A stretch of 64,000 bases of DNA from the NCBI GenBank assembly GCA_963785725.1, contig CAWAWS010000005.1, positions 256,001 to 320,000 on the forward strand, given 5' to 3'. The DNA comes from an uncultured delta proteobacterium. Its GTDB lineage: Bacteria > Myxococcota_A > Polyangia > Palsa-1104. The position numbers and the translations under genes are program-made. Below, one piece after another: positions 1-12,654 of the stretch (the stretch's first letter is position 1; each line of letters begins with the position of its first letter). The notes under the pieces were generated by a model, which did not search any database, had not been told where the DNA came from, and worked only from the letters and a program-made list of their open reading frames with translations.

Positions 1-2362
1 GACCGATCGGCGACACCCAGCGAATACCGAAGCCCACCGAGTAACGCAGGTTCGAGAAGGTCGGGTATTGGTTGCACGGGCTGAACACGTCGGGAATGTT
101 CGACACCGCGCTCGACGACGGGCAATAGCGCTGCTTCTCGGTGTTGTAGGCGTTGCCGGCGTCGAAGAAGACGACGCCTTTGATCTGCACGGCGGCGAAG
201 ATCGGGAACTCGATCTCGCTGTTGAGAATGAGCTGCAGGTTTCCGCCGATCGTGAACTGCGACAGATAGGCGGACGGCTGCTGCTGCGACAGCACGTTGA
301 CCTTCGGTCCGAGCGAGAACAGCTGGAAGCCGCGGATGGTGTTGATGCCGCCCAAGAAGTAGCGCTCGTACACCGGCACGCCTTGTGACGAGCGCGACGT
401 GACGAGGCCGCCTTCCATGTTCAAGCGGAAGATGAACGGCCCCCAAATCGGCTTGTAGAAGCGCAGCCAGCCGCTGATGCGCGTGAAGACGGACTGTGAG
501 GCGATGAGCGGATCGGCCACTTCCACCGAGAGCGAGTGGAACATACCGTTCTTGGGAAACATGCGATCGTCGCGCGTGTCGTAGTTCATCGACAGGCGAA
601 TCGCCGAGGTGAAGCCCTTGCGGAACAGGTTGGCGACGGTGCCGGGCGTGACCTGCGCCGTCGGCGCGAAGCCGCCGATCGTGAGGCCGGCCTGGTTCTG
701 CTGCACGTCGACGTATTCCAAGCGATAGGTCGCGAAGACGCGGGTGAAGTCGCCGAGCAGATAACCCCACGTCAAGTCGCCGCCGCGCGCTGTGCGATTG
801 AACGACGGATAAAACAGCAGCGAGTTGTAGAGCGAGAACGAGAACGTCAGCTTGGTATCGAGGAAATAGGGATCGAGATAACGCAGCGTGAACAGCTGGC
901 GCAGGCTCGAGATCTGCGCCTGCAGCTGCAGCGTCGTGCCGCGGCCGAACAGGTTGTTCTGCGAGACCTGCGCCTGGCCGATGAAGTTCTCGACCGACGA
1001 GAAGCCGGCGCCGATCTGGAACGTGCCGGTGGCGCGCTCGGTGACCTCGATGTTGACGTCGATGCGGTCGGTGCCCTCTTCGGTCTTCGTCGACAGGTCG
1101 ACCTTCTCGAAGAAGCCGAGCGCCTGAATCAGTCGTTTCGAGCGATCGAGGCGCGTTTGGTTGTAGAGCTCGCCTTCGTAGACGCGCATCTCGCGGCGAA
1201 TGACCTTGTCGCGCGTCTTCGTATTGCCGCGAATGTTGATGCGTCCGAAATAGACCTGATTGCCCTTTTGCAGATCGAAGACGACCTCGACCGAGCGCGT
1301 CGAGCCTTCGACCTGCGTCAGCGGCTGCACGTTGACGTAGGCGTAACCGAGATCTTTATAGAGATCGTTGAGATGCGTGATGTCGTTGGCGAGCTTGGTG
1401 CGATTGAAGGTCTCGCCTTCGTGCACCGACATACGCATGAAGTATTCGTCTTTGGGGAACAGCAGATCGCCTTTGAAGTCGATCTTGCCGATCTTGTACT
1501 GCTCGCCCTCTTCGATCGGAATGGTGATGTAGAGATATTCTTTGTCGGCGCTGAGCTCGATCTCGGGCTTGCCGAGCTTCACGTTGATGTAGCCGTGGTC
1601 GTAATAGAACGCCGTAATCAGCAGCATATCGCGGTCGAACGCGTCTTCGCGATAGGTGCCCGACGACGTCAAGAACGAGAGCCAGCCGCCCTCTTGCGTG
1701 CCCATCGCCGCGCGCAGCTCCGCTTCTTTGATGTGCGCGTTGCCGAGGAAGCTGATCTTGCGCACCTCGACTTTGGCGTGCTCGTCGCAGTTGAAGTAGA
1801 CGTCGACGTGCAGGTCGTCCTTGCGCTTGATCTCGTAGCCGACCTCGGCCAGGTAAAAGCCCTTTTCGACGTAGAGATCGTGGATCTTCTCGACGTTGCG
1901 CTTGATCTTGGCCTGGTCGACGATGTGCTCTTTTTTGATGTCGAGCACTTCGTTGATCTTGTCGAGGCCGACCTCGTGCGCGCCCGAGACGTAAATCTTG
2001 CGAATGATCGGCTTTTCCCGGAGCACGAAGAGCAGGTCGACCTTGCCGTTCGACTCCGACGCTTCGACTTGGACGTCCTCGAAATAGCCTATTTTCCAGA
2101 CGCTCTTGATGTCTTCGCGCAGCTGCTCCGAGTTCAGCTTCTCGCCCGGCTGCGACTTGATGGCGACGCGCATGGCGTCGTCTTCGGCCTTCTTGTTGCC
2201 GCGAAAGTGCAAGCTGCCGATGGTCTGGCCGTCGTAGACGACGATGCCGGGCGAGCGCAGCCCTTCGGTCTGCGCGAAGGTCGGCGACGCCAACGAGGCG
2301 ATGACGGCCGCCAGCAGCGCCGAGCAGATTCGCGGTGCGGCCGAATTGCGCGCCTTAGGCAT
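1..2362 (-). CDS. bamA: Outer membrane protein assembly factor BamA (3' end runs off the window)
   Basis: Not in the ORF track; read manually from ATG at 2362 ([31 protein letters not shown], signal-like). Contains POTRA-type segments ([13 protein letters not shown]) and near the window edge [16 protein letters not shown]. Overlaps the lolD stop. Confidence 0.93.
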   Translation of the reverse strand, partial: MPKARNSAAPRICSALLAAVIASLASPTFAQTEGLRSPGIVVYDGQTIGSLHFRGNKKAEDDAMRVAIKSQPGEKLNSEQLREDIKSVWKIGYFEDVQVEASESNGKVDLLFVLREKPIIRKIYVSGAHEVGLDKINEVLDIKKEHIVDQAKIKRNVEKIHDLYVEKGFYLAEVGYEIKRKDDLHVDVYFNCDEHAKVEVRKISFLGNAHIKEAELRAAMGTQEGGWLSFLTSSGTYREDAFDRDMLLITAFYYDHGYINVKLGKPEIELSADKEYLYITIPIEEGEQYKIGKIDFKGDLLFPKDEYFMRMSVHEGETFNRTKLANDITHLNDLYKDLGYAYVNVQPLTQVEGSTRSVEVVFDLQKGNQVYFGRINIRGNTKTRDKVIRREMRVYEGELYNQTRLDRSKRLIQALGFFEKVDLSTKTEEGTDRIDVNIEVTERATGTFQIGAGFSSVENFIGQAQVSQNNLFGRGTTLQLQAQISSLRQLFTLRYLDPYFLDTKLTFSFSLYNSLLFYPSFNRTARGGDLTWGYLLGDFTRVFATYRLEYVDVQQNQAGLTIGGFAPTAQVTPGTVANLFRKGFTSAIRLSMNYDTRDDRMFPKNGMFHSLSVEVADPLIASQSVFTRISGWLRFYKPIWGPFIFRLNMEGGLVTSRSSQGVPVYERYFLGGINTIRGFQLFSLGPKVNVLSQQQPSAYLSQFTIGGNLQLILNSEIEFPIFAAVQIKGVVFFDAGNAYNTEKQRYCPSSSAVSNIPDVFSPCNQYPTFSNLRYSVGFGIRWVSPIG

Positions 2363-3053
2363 GCGCGACCGTTTCGTCGAGCAGCACGCCGTCCACCATG
2401 CGAACGCGGCGCGGCATGCGCGACGCGAAGTCGACGTTGTGCGTCGTGACCAGCATGGTCGTGCCGCGCTCGCGGTTGAGCTCGACGATGAGCGCGTGAA
2501 TCTCCTCGCCCGTGTGCGTGTCGAGGTTGCCCGTCGGCTCGTCGGCCAAGAGCATGCGCGGGTCCATGATGAGCGCGCGCGCCAACGCCACGCGCTGCTG
2601 CTCGCCGCCGGACAGCTCGCCCGGGCGGTGCGTCAAACGATGCGCCAGCCCGACGCGGTCGAGCAGCTTCTCGGCGCGCTTGTTGGCATCGCCGCGCGTC
2701 ACGCCGGCGATGAGCGCGGGCATGGCGCAGTTCTCGACGGCGGTGAACTCGGGCAGCAAATGATGGAATTGGAAGACGAAGCCGATGGTGTGATTGCGGA
2801 AATCGGCGAGCTTGGCGGCGTTGAGCGACGTGACGTCGAGCGAGCCGTCGAACGTAATGGTGCCCGACGTCGGCTGATCGAGCGTGCCGAGCATATGCAG
2901 GAACGTCGATTTACCGACGCCCGATGAGCCTACGACTGCAACCATTTCCCCCGCGCCGATCGTCATGTCGATGCCGCGCAGCACCTCAATCGTCCGGCCG
3001 CCGTGGGCATACGACTTTCGCAGTTGTCGGATGTCGACGCGAGAACCGAGCAT
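2355..3053 (-). CDS. lolD: Lipoprotein-releasing ABC transporter ATP-binding protein LolD
   Basis: Walker [52 protein letters not shown]; next to a lolC/E-type permease. Confidence 0.93.
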   Translation of the reverse strand: MLGSRVDIRQLRKSYAHGGRTIEVLRGIDMTIGAGEMVAVVGSSGVGKSTFLHMLGTLDQPTSGTITFDGSLDVTSLNAAKLADFRNHTIGFVFQFHHLLPEFTAVENCAMPALIAGVTRGDANKRAEKLLDRVGLAHRLTHRPGELSGGEQQRVALARALIMDPRMLLADEPTGNLDTHTGEEIHALIVELNRERGTTMLVTTHNVDFASRMPRRVRMVDGVLLDETVAHA

Positions 3054-3177
3054 TGAAGGTGGCGCAGTGTACTGCAATTGACCGGGATTTGAAGCAAAAG
3101 GTTGCCTCGGAATCGGTAAGGATTTCGGGGAAACCGAAGGACGGCGCCCGAGCCCTCGCCAGCGACGGCAGCCGGGG

Positions 3178-4992
3178 TTAGTTTTTGGCTTCGCGCAGGC
3201 CGTCGACGGGACGCAGCCGGGCCGCCATCCAGGCCGGATAGAGCGTGGCCAAGAGCGCGATCGCCAGGGCGGCGAAGAAGACGGTGCCGATCTCGTACGG
3301 GTTCATCTGCACCGGCAGCGACGTGATGTAGTAGACGTCGGGATCGAGCGGCAGGCCGAAGCGGCCGAGCGCCCAGCAGCTCAAGACGCCGACCGCGATG
3401 CCGCTGACGGTGCCGATGGAGCCGATGAACAGGCCGAGCAGCATGAAGGTGCCCAAGATCGAGCGGTCGCTCGCGCCCATCGACTTCAAGATCGCCACTT
3501 CGCGGCCCTTTTCCATGACCAGCATCGTGCCGTTGGCGATGATCGAGAAGGCGGCGACGAGGATGATGAAGCAGAGCAGCACGAACATGAGGATCTTCTC
3601 GATCTTGAGCGCCGAGAAGAGGCTGCGATTGAGCTCCTTCCAGTCCTGCACGTCGTAGCTGGGACCGACGAGCGCCTTGACGGCGGCGACGGCGTTCTCC
3701 GTTTGATCGGCGTCGCGCACCTTGAGCTCGATGCCGGTCACTTCGCCGTCCATCGTGAAGAACTTCTGCGCGCTGGCGAGCGAGACGTACGTGTATTTGT
3801 TGTCGTATTCGAACATGCCGCTGTAGAAGATGCCGGCGACGCGGAACGGCTTGGACTTCGGGATCGCGCCCGTGGGGCCGATGCCGCCGAAGGGCGAAAT
3901 GAGGTTCACGTCGTCGCCGAGATAGACGCGCAGCGACCGGGCCAATTCGCGGCCGACGAGCACGCCGGGCACGATGCGGCGCTCGAACAGCGGCGGCTCG
4001 GCATCTTTGGCGTGATCGTGCCCGTCGGACGGCGCGAAGCGCACGATCGCGTCGTCCTTCTTGCCGCTGACGGCCGGCGCGAAATGCACGACGCCGTCAT
4101 CCTTGGCGTCGCCGACTTTGCCACTGACTTTGCCGCTTTCCGGCGGCGCGACATGCGCGTGCTGGTCGTCGTCGGCCGCCGTCTTGCCGCTGTCGGTCGG
4201 CGTCTCGGTGACCGCCGATTTCGCGGCCAGCTCCGCCAGCGACGGCTTGCGCGCGCCCTCGTTCTCGCCCGTCGGCTTCTTGTCGTCTTTGGCTTTGTCG
4301 CCTTTGCTCTTGGCGTCGTCGTCGTCCTGAAACAGCGATGGTCCACCGAGCCCGCGCAGCTTCTTGGGATCGTCGAGGTAGCCGAGATCGCCGACATCGG
4401 TATTCTTCGCGACGTCGGTGACCGAGCCGACGGTGGCGGTGTCGATACCTTTGACGACGACCCCCGACTCGTTCGACGATGACGTCAGCATCACCTCGTT
4501 CATGATGAACGGCGTCGCGCCGACGACGTCAGGCAGCTTGACCATCTGATCGCGCAGCCGCTGATAGTCGGTGAACGGCTGATCGAGCCGCGTGACGACG
4601 ATGTGCGCGTTCGTGCCCAAGATCTTGTGCTTCAGATCCTGCTCGAAGCCGGACATGACGGAGAGCACGATGACGAGCGCGGCGGTGCCCAAAAACAGGC
4701 CGAAAACGGAGATGGTGGTGAAGATCGTCAGTCGCCAAATGAGCACGATGAAGTAGGCGACGAGGAACAAGACGATGAAGCCGATGAGCGGCGCCAGCTT
4801 GAACGCCGTGCTGTTCATCGCCGCGAACTCCTGCACGCGCAGGTTGTGCGTGCCGAAGACGAAGCGCTTGATGAGATCGCTGATGAGGAATGGCAGGCTG
4901 AAGCCGCCCGGCCACCACAAGAGCTTGCGGCGCGAGCCCTGCTTCCCGAGCGCGAAGTAGCGGTTCGCGATCAGCCACTGAAAACCGAGCAT
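3178..4992 (-). CDS. Lipoprotein-releasing ABC transporter permease LolC/E family, with a long periplasmic insertion
   Basis: [65 protein letters not shown]; lysS-lolC/E-lolD-bamA synteny. Confidence 0.9.
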   Translation of the reverse strand: MLGFQWLIANRYFALGKQGSRRKLLWWPGGFSLPFLISDLIKRFVFGTHNLRVQEFAAMNSTAFKLAPLIGFIVLFLVAYFIVLIWRLTIFTTISVFGLFLGTAALVIVLSVMSGFEQDLKHKILGTNAHIVVTRLDQPFTDYQRLRDQMVKLPDVVGATPFIMNEVMLTSSSNESGVVVKGIDTATVGSVTDVAKNTDVGDLGYLDDPKKLRGLGGPSLFQDDDDAKSKGDKAKDDKKPTGENEGARKPSLAELAAKSAVTETPTDSGKTAADDDQHAHVAPPESGKVSGKVGDAKDDGVVHFAPAVSGKKDDAIVRFAPSDGHDHAKDAEPPLFERRIVPGVLVGRELARSLRVYLGDDVNLISPFGGIGPTGAIPKSKPFRVAGIFYSGMFEYDNKYTYVSLASAQKFFTMDGEVTGIELKVRDADQTENAVAAVKALVGPSYDVQDWKELNRSLFSALKIEKILMFVLLCFIILVAAFSIIANGTMLVMEKGREVAILKSMGASDRSILGTFMLLGLFIGSIGTVSGIAVGVLSCWALGRFGLPLDPDVYYITSLPVQMNPYEIGTVFFAALAIALLATLYPAWMAARLRPVDGLREAKN

Positions 4993-4995
4993 GGG

Positions 4996-6424
4996 CTACG
5001 GCTCGTCGGGCCGCATCTGCGGGAAGAGGATGACGTCGCGGATCGACGGCTGATTCGTCAAGAGCATGACCAAGCGATCGATGCCGATGCCCTCGCCTGC
5101 CGTCGGCGGCATGCCGTATTCGAGCGCGCGACAGAAGTCTTCGTCGTAGTCCATCGCCTCTTCGTTGCCGCCGGCCTTGGAGTCGACCTGCGCCGCGAAG
5201 CGCGCCCGCTGATCGACGGGATCGTTCAGCTCCGAGAACGCGTTGGCATACTCGCGGCCGTTGATGAAGAGCTCGAAGCGATCGGTAAAGCGCGGATCTT
5301 TGTCGTTCTTTCGCGCCAGCGGCGACGTCTCGATCGGATGCTGCGTCACGAAGGTCGGCTGCACGAGCGTCGCCTCGATGCGCTGCTCGAAGGCGTCGAC
5401 GAGCGGCTTGCCGACGAGCGGCTCGCCCACCAACTCCTGCATCGTCGCGCGGCGAAACGGCGCCTTGAGCGAGATCGTCTGACCCTGATATTCGATCTCG
5501 GTCGTGCCGCAGACGTCGAGCGCCAGCCGCTCGAACAGCTGCTCGGTCAGCGTCATCAAGTCTTCGTACGTCGAGTGCGCCTGATAGAACTCGATCGTCG
5601 TGAACTCGGGGTTGTGCGTGCGATCCATGCCTTCGTTGCGAAAGAGCCGCCCGATTTCGTAGACGCGATCGATGCCGCCGACGACGAGCCGCTTCAGGTC
5701 GAGCTCGGTGGCGATGCGCAGAAAGAGATCGATATCGAGCGCGTTGTGGTGCGTCTTGAACGGCCGCGCCGCGGCGCCGCCGTTGGTCGACAGCAGCATG
5801 CGCGTCTCCGACTCGACGAAGCCGCGCTCGTCGAAGAAGCGACGAATTCCCGAGACGATGCGGGCGCGCTTGCGGAAGATCTCGACCTTCTCGGGATGGA
5901 CGATGAAGTCGAAGTAGCGCTGGCGATAGAGCAGCCCCACGTCGGTGACGTCATGGCCCTCCTGCAGCACTTTGCCCGGCAGCGGCCGAATCGCCTTGGT
6001 CAAGAGGCGCAGCTCTTCGATCTTGAGCGCCCGCTTCTCCTTGCGCGTCTTGAACAGCGGGCCGCGCGCGCCGACGATGTCGCCGAGCTGCAGCTGATCC
6101 TTGGCGACGGCGAAGGCGGCGGCCGAATCGGCCTTCACGTAGAGCTGCAGCATTTCGCCGCCATCTCCGCGTAAAAACAGGAAGCGCGCCTTGCCCATCT
6201 CGTTGACCTGCACGAGCCGGCCGGCGACCGAATAGCGCGGGTCCGAATCCTGGATTTCGGTGTCCGGCTTGAGCTGCGCGAGGTCGTTCGGCAGAACGGC
6301 GATGGCGTGCGTCACGACGAAGTCGTTGGCGTACGGGTTCACGCCGCTCGCGCGCAGAGACTCCGCAGCTTCGAGCGCGGGCGCGCATTTGACCTTCGAG
6401 ATCGGACGATTCAATCGACATCAT
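4996..6424 (-). CDS. lysS: Lysine--tRNA ligase, class II (probable single-base indel near 6377)
   Basis: [58 protein letters not shown]. The N-terminus [16 protein letters not shown] lies in another frame and joins [15 protein letters not shown] if one base is removed. Confidence 0.95.
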
Positions 6425-6475
6425 ATTCACAAGTTATCCACAGGTAACGGCGACGTCTGGCCCGACTTATCCACA
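6423..6475 (+). promoter_or_regulatory. DnaA-box cluster
   Basis: Perfect TTATCCACA at 6434-6442 and 6467-6475; ATATTCACA at 6423-6431 (one mismatch to TTWTNCACA). All in the same orientation. Confidence 0.8.
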
Positions 6476-6491
6476 GTCAACCGGGAAAAAT

Positions 6492-7621
6492 TTACGCTTC
6501 TACTGGATTTTCCGCTTCGCCCGAAGCCTGCAGCAGATACGCCTGGATGAACGGGTCGATGTCGCCATCGAGCACACCGTCGACGTTCGACACCTTGAGC
6601 TCGGTGCGATGGTCGTTCACGAGCCGATACGGCGCCAGCACATACGAACGAATCTGCGAGCCCCACTCGATCGCTTTTTTCTGCGCGTGGACGTCGCCCA
6701 TCTTGGCCAGGCGCTCCTGCTCCTCTTTTTCGTAGAGCTTGGCGCGCAGCATCTTCATGCACGACGACTTGTTCTTGTGCTGCGAGCGCTCCGACTGGCA
6801 GGCGACGACGATGCCCGACGGGTGATGGATGATGCGCACCGCCGACTCGGTCTTGTTGACGTGCTGGCCGCCGGCGCCGCCCGAGCGGAAACGTCTGCAC
6901 CTCGAGGTCTTCGGTCGCGGATGTCGATGTTGATGGTCTCGTCGAGATCGGGGTAGACGAAGACGGCGGCGAACGCCGGTCTGGCGGCGCGCGTTGGCGT
7001 CGAACGGCGAGATGCGGACGAGGCGATGCACGCCGTTCTCGGCGTGCAAGTAGCCGAACGCCCAGTCGCCCGCGACGCTGAACGAGGCGCACTTGATGCC
7101 GGCTTCGTCGCCGGGCTGGTAGTCCGATCACTCGATCTTGTAGCCTTTGCGCTCGCACCAGCGCGATGTACATGCGCAGCGAGCATCTCCGCCCAGTCCT
7201 GCGCGTCGACGCCGCCGGCGCCGGCGTTGATGCTGACGAGCGCGCCGGCGCGGTCGTTGCGCGCCCGACAGCATGCGCGCGAACTCCATCTCTTCGACGG
7301 CGGCCTTGCGACTTGGCCATGGCTCGGCCTCGGCCGGGCTGGCCTCGTCGCCGGCTTCGGCCGCGAGGTCGAGCAGCACCTCGGCGTCGTCGAGCGCGCG
7401 CGCTGCTTCTGCCAGCCTTCGACGGCGTCGCGCTTCTGCGCCTGCTCGCGCAAGCAGGCCTGCGCCTGCTTCTGGTCGTTCCAGAACTCGGCCGCGCCGC
7501 GAGTCGAGTCGATCTCGGCTACGCGAGCCTGCGCGCCGGTCGACGTCAAAGACTCCCTCGAAGCCGGTCAGCTCAGCTCCGAGGGTCTGCGATGCAGCTC
7601 CCGTAAGGGTTCGGTTTCCAC
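6492..7621 (-). CDS. prfB: Peptide chain release factor 2 (programmed +1 frameshift plus several apparent sequencing indels)
   Basis: [12 protein letters not shown] (SPF motif), [42 protein letters not shown] spread over several frames; GTG start at 7621. Confidence 0.93.
7545..7560 (-). promoter_or_regulatory. prfB programmed +1 ribosomal frameshift site
   Basis: Minus strand reads CGAGGG AGT CTT TGA C: internal SD-like GAGGG, 3-nt spacer, CTT-TGA-C, the canonical RF2 autoregulatory site. Confidence 0.9.
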
Positions 7622-7677
7622 GCGCGTATTCTATCGCGACGCGGCAGATGGTGCCGAGACAATGTCGCGCCGGCCGG

Positions 7678-9092
<1,415 letters not shown>

Positions 9093-9187
9093 GACGAGCA
9101 ATCCTCCAGCGGAGACGGTGATCTAACACACCGACGGACCTGCCGCCACGGAATTCTCCTGACTTTCCGACGGGGAGCGCTCGTCCG

Positions 9188-9994
9188 TCAGGCAAACAAG
9201 CGACTGGCGTTGCCGCCCAGGATCTGGGATCGCTGCGGCTCCGGGATGTGGGTCTCGAGCCAGCGCAGCTCGCGATCCCACTCGTACGGGATGTTCGGGA
9301 AGTCGGTGCCGTAGAGGATGCGATCGGCGTGGCGGATCAAGAGCTCGGGCGCGAGTGGCCGGGCGAACCAGTCGCCGAGCACCATCGTCGTGTCGAGGTG
9401 CAGGTTGGGGAATTCGTCGAGCAGCGCCAGGTAGGCCAGCTCTTCGTCGGCGCCGAGGTGCGGCACCAGCATCTTCAGCCGCGGATGGCGCTGCAACACG
9501 CGGCGCGTGGCGTCGACCGAGCACAAGGCGCGCGTGTCGAGGCCGTAGCCGTCGAGGCAAGGCGCGCGGCCGGCGTGGATGACGACGGGCACGCCGGCGT
9601 CCGCGGCTTTGCGGTAGACGACGTCGAGGCGCGCGTCGTCGGGCGTCAGCTTCTGGACGTGGCAGTGGAGCTTGAAGCCGCGCATTCCGAGGCGCAGCGC
9701 TTCGTCGATGATGGCGGCTTCGTCGGGCTCGCCGGGCAAGACGGTGCCGAGCGGAATCAGCTGCGAATGCGCGGCGGCGAGCTCGGCCATGAAGCGGTTG
9801 AGCTCGCGCGCCATCTCGGGCACGTGGCTGTACGAGAGGCCGACGAAACGATCGATCCCGTTCGTGGTCAGGTGCGCGATAACCTCGTCGGCGTGCAGGC
9901 GATAGCGAATGTTCCAGGCGTGACGATCGAACCAGCGCCAGATGGCGTCGAACACGCGCGGCGGAAACAGATGGACGTGAGCGTCGATCAGCAC
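9188..9994 (-). CDS. Amidohydrolase family protein (Amidohydro_2-like)
   Basis: IDAHVH, GFKLH, VVIHAG, HLG, ILYGTDFP metal-binding motifs. Confidence 0.85.
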   Translation of the reverse strand: MLIDAHVHLFPPRVFDAIWRWFDRHAWNIRYRLHADEVIAHLTTNGIDRFVGLSYSHVPEMARELNRFMAELAAAHSQLIPLGTVLPGEPDEAAIIDEALRLGMRGFKLHCHVQKLTPDDARLDVVYRKAADAGVPVVIHAGRAPCLDGYGLDTRALCSVDATRRVLQRHPRLKMLVPHLGADEELAYLALLDEFPNLHLDTTMVLGDWFARPLAPELLIRHADRILYGTDFPNIPYEWDRELRWLETHIPEPQRSQILGGNASRLFA

Positions 9995-10016
9995 GGACGA
10001 ATGATATGCTGCAAAC

Positions 10017-11096
10017 GTGCGCTTTTACGCATTTCTCGACGGTGCGCTCGGCTACGACTGCGTCACGTGCGGGTCGCGCTGCTGCAAGGGCGCGGGCTTC
10101 GCGTTGGCGCCGGCGGAGCTGACGCAGCTGGCGAGGCGCGCGCCGACGATCGTGCCGTTCTTGCAGCTGCGCGATGGGCTGGTCTTGGCGACGAACTCCG
10201 CCGATGGCTGCTGGCAGCTGGCCGACGATGGCCGCTGCAGCCTCGAGGTGACGTTCGGCCATGCGGCGAAGCCGTCGACGTGCCGGCTGTTTCCGACGAA
10301 TCGGCTGCTGCGCGCGGGCGAGGTGACCGTCGTCGAGCTGCAGCTGGCGTCGTGTCCGATCCGGCCGGCGCGCGAGGTGCCCGAACGCGCCGGCGCGACG
10401 GTGATTCGCTGGGCCGACGTCGACCGCGAGCTCGACGACGCCGGCGCCGGCGCGGTGACGCTGGATGCGAAGCTGCCGCCGGCCACGCCCGACGGCTGGG
10501 TGGCGCGCGAAATCGAGCGGCGCGACGCCACGGCGGCGCTGCTCGACGCGCCGAGCGCGGCCGACGTGCTGGTGGCGCTCGGCGGCGAGACGACGCGTTT
10601 GGCGCGGCTGCAGACGGCGTGGCGGCGCTATTTCGCGCTCGCCGACACCGAAGCGGCGCCGCTCGAGGCGGCCGTCGCGCGGCCGTTCACGCTGGCGCTG
10701 CCGTCGCTGCGCTGGCAAGCGTTGACGGCGCCGGGCGCGCCGCCCTATCCGCGCCTGACCGCCGCGCTCGACGCCGAGCTGCTGGCGGGCGCGTTCGTGG
10801 CGACGCTGTCGGCGCGGTCGGGCGCCGCGCTCGGGCAGTCGCCGTCGCTGCGCCGCGTGGCCGAGCTGTGGCGCGGGCTGCCGCTCGTGCGCGCGCTCTT
10901 GGCACGCTGGGAGACGCAGGTGACGCTCGCCGACGGGCCCGCGCCACCGGCGGCGCCGCCGGAGCTGGCCGCGGCTTGGTCGGCGCTGCAAGCGCGGGCG
11001 CGCGACCACGCCATCGGCGACGCGCTGGCCGCGACCGAGCTGTCGCCGACGCTGCGGCCGCTGCTGCTGCGGCTGGCGTCCGATCGCCTCCGCTAA
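10017..11096 (+). CDS. YkgJ/CxxCxxCC cysteine-cluster family protein
   Basis: CVTCGSRCC, CWQLADDGRC, KPSTCRLFP. Confidence 0.7.
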   Translation: MRFYAFLDGALGYDCVTCGSRCCKGAGFALAPAELTQLARRAPTIVPFLQLRDGLVLATNSADGCWQLADDGRCSLEVTFGHAAKPSTCRLFPTNRLLRAGEVTVVELQLASCPIRPAREVPERAGATVIRWADVDRELDDAGAGAVTLDAKLPPATPDGWVAREIERRDATAALLDAPSAADVLVALGGETTRLARLQTAWRRYFALADTEAAPLEAAVARPFTLALPSLRWQALTAPGAPPYPRLTAALDAELLAGAFVATLSARSGAALGQSPSLRRVAELWRGLPLVRALLARWETQVTLADGPAPPAAPPELAAAWSALQARARDHAIGDALAATELSPTLRPLLLRLASDRLR

Positions 11097-11151
11097 ACAG
11101 TGTCCCTCGGCTCGTGGTCCAGCGTCCGGCGCTTGTTAGTTATTGTAGAAG

Positions 11152-12624
11152 TTACAAGAAGTCGACGCGCAGGTTCTCTTGCTTGCGCCGCTCGGCCACG
11201 TCGCTGACGTACTCCAGCATCTGCGGATAGCTCAGCACGACCTCTTGGAAGCGCTCGCGCGGCAGCTCCAAGGCCCAACATTTCGTGCGCGTCTCGATCG
11301 TCGCCGATGCCGGCTGGCGCTGCAGCAGCGACATCTCGCCGCAGACGTCGCCGGGGCCGAGCGCCGCGATTTGCCCGGGCGCCCCACGCAAGACGCGCGC
11401 TTCGCCGCACAGGATGAGGAACAGCCCCGGCGCCCGCTCGCCTTCGACGATGACGCGCATGCCCGGCTCCAGCTCCAAGAACAGGAATTGGTCGGAGAGC
11501 TGGCGCGCTTCGTCGGGCGCGAACGACGCGAACAGCGGCGACGCACCGAGCAGCCGATCGAGCAGGCGATCGCGGAAGAAGCGCAAGAGCGTCTTCAGCA
11601 CCTCGGGCGAGCGCTGCACGACTTCGCCGATGAGCTCGCGGGAGAATTCGAGCAACTGCGTCGGCTGCGCGGCCACGGCGGTCGCCGAGCGCGGGAAGTT
11701 GGTCAGGAGCGCCAGCTCGCCGAAGAAGGCGCCGTCCTCGAGCTGCGCCAGCTCGCGCGGCGGCTGGGCGACGAGGATCTGCACGCGGCCGTGGACGATG
11801 ACGAAGAGCGAGCCGCCCGCTTCGCCCTCCTGCAGGATGCGCTCGCCCGGCGCAAAGTCGCGCACCTGGACGCGCTCGATGACGTGGCGCAGATCGTCGT
11901 GGCCGAGCGACGACAGGAGCGGGATACGCGGCAGCTGCGTGGGCGCCGTCGCTTTTTGCGGCGGTGGCGGCGCGTCGTCGTCGAGGAGGCTGCCGAAGTC
12001 CAGCTCGTCGTCGGCGATCGCCGGCAGCGGCGGCGCGGCGTCGGCGCCGGCAGGCGGCGCCGGCACGTCGACGGTCTCCTCGACCTCGTCGTCGAGCGTA
12101 ATCTCGTACGCGGCCGGCGCGTCGGGCACGATGGCCGCGAACTGCTGACTGACGCGGCCGCCGAGCAGCGTGCGCAGCGGCAAGGCGTCGAGCGGCGCGG
12201 CCAGATCACCGACGGGCGCCGGCATGATCGCAGCGCGCGCCGGCGGTTGCGGCTTGGCCGCCGGCTTCAAGAGCTCGCTCGTCGGCGCCGGCACGCTGCC
12301 TTCGCGCTTGGCGTAGAGGTCGGCCAGCATCGCCTGCGTCGTCGTATGGCGCGCGTCGAGCTGCAGGATCACTTTGCAGACGGCGATCGCCTTGAGGAGA
12401 AAGCCGCCGCGCGCATAACCCTCGGCGCCGATGCTCAGCTCGGCCACGGCCTGCGCGGCGTTGGGCACCTTGCGCAGCGCTTCGCCCGCGCGCTGATGCC
12501 AGTCGGGCTCGTTGGGCTCGGCGGCGGCGATCTGCAGGTACAGCTCGGCCGCTCTGGCGTACTGCTTCTTCTCGACCGCTTGCGTGGCCTGGTCCTTCAC
12601 CTTGCGGAGATCGACTTTGGCCAT
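11152..12624 (-). CDS. TPR-like plus two cyclic-nucleotide-binding domain protein
   Basis: Real gene is the C-terminal part of ORF 11152..14775, from MAKVDLRKVK. Helical repeats, acidic linker, then FFGELALLTNFPRSATAVA and CGEMSLLQRQPASATIET. Confidence 0.85.
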   Translation of the reverse strand: MAKVDLRKVKDQATQAVEKKQYARAAELYLQIAAAEPNEPDWHQRAGEALRKVPNAAQAVAELSIGAEGYARGGFLLKAIAVCKVILQLDARHTTTQAMLADLYAKREGSVPAPTSELLKPAAKPQPPARAAIMPAPVGDLAAPLDALPLRTLLGGRVSQQFAAIVPDAPAAYEITLDDEVEETVDVPAPPAGADAAPPLPAIADDELDFGSLLDDDAPPPPQKATAPTQLPRIPLLSSLGHDDLRHVIERVQVRDFAPGERILQEGEAGGSLFVIVHGRVQILVAQPPRELAQLEDGAFFGELALLTNFPRSATAVAAQPTQLLEFSRELIGEVVQRSPEVLKTLLRFFRDRLLDRLLGASPLFASFAPDEARQLSDQFLFLELEPGMRVIVEGERAPGLFLILCGEARVLRGAPGQIAALGPGDVCGEMSLLQRQPASATIETRTKCWALELPRERFQEVVLSYPQMLEYVSDVAERRKQENLRVDFL

Positions 12625-12654
12625 CAGCACGACTTTATAATATCGTCGTCGACG

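Noticed and set aside
6423..6494. oriC
   Set aside because: Only about three boxes in 70 bp, no extended AT-rich unwinding element, no dnaA/dnaN/gidA context; not fully excluded.
9093..9187. Purine-related riboswitch upstream of purF
   Set aside because: Gap is under 100 nt with one short stem; no recognisable purine, ZTP or PRPP aptamer consensus.
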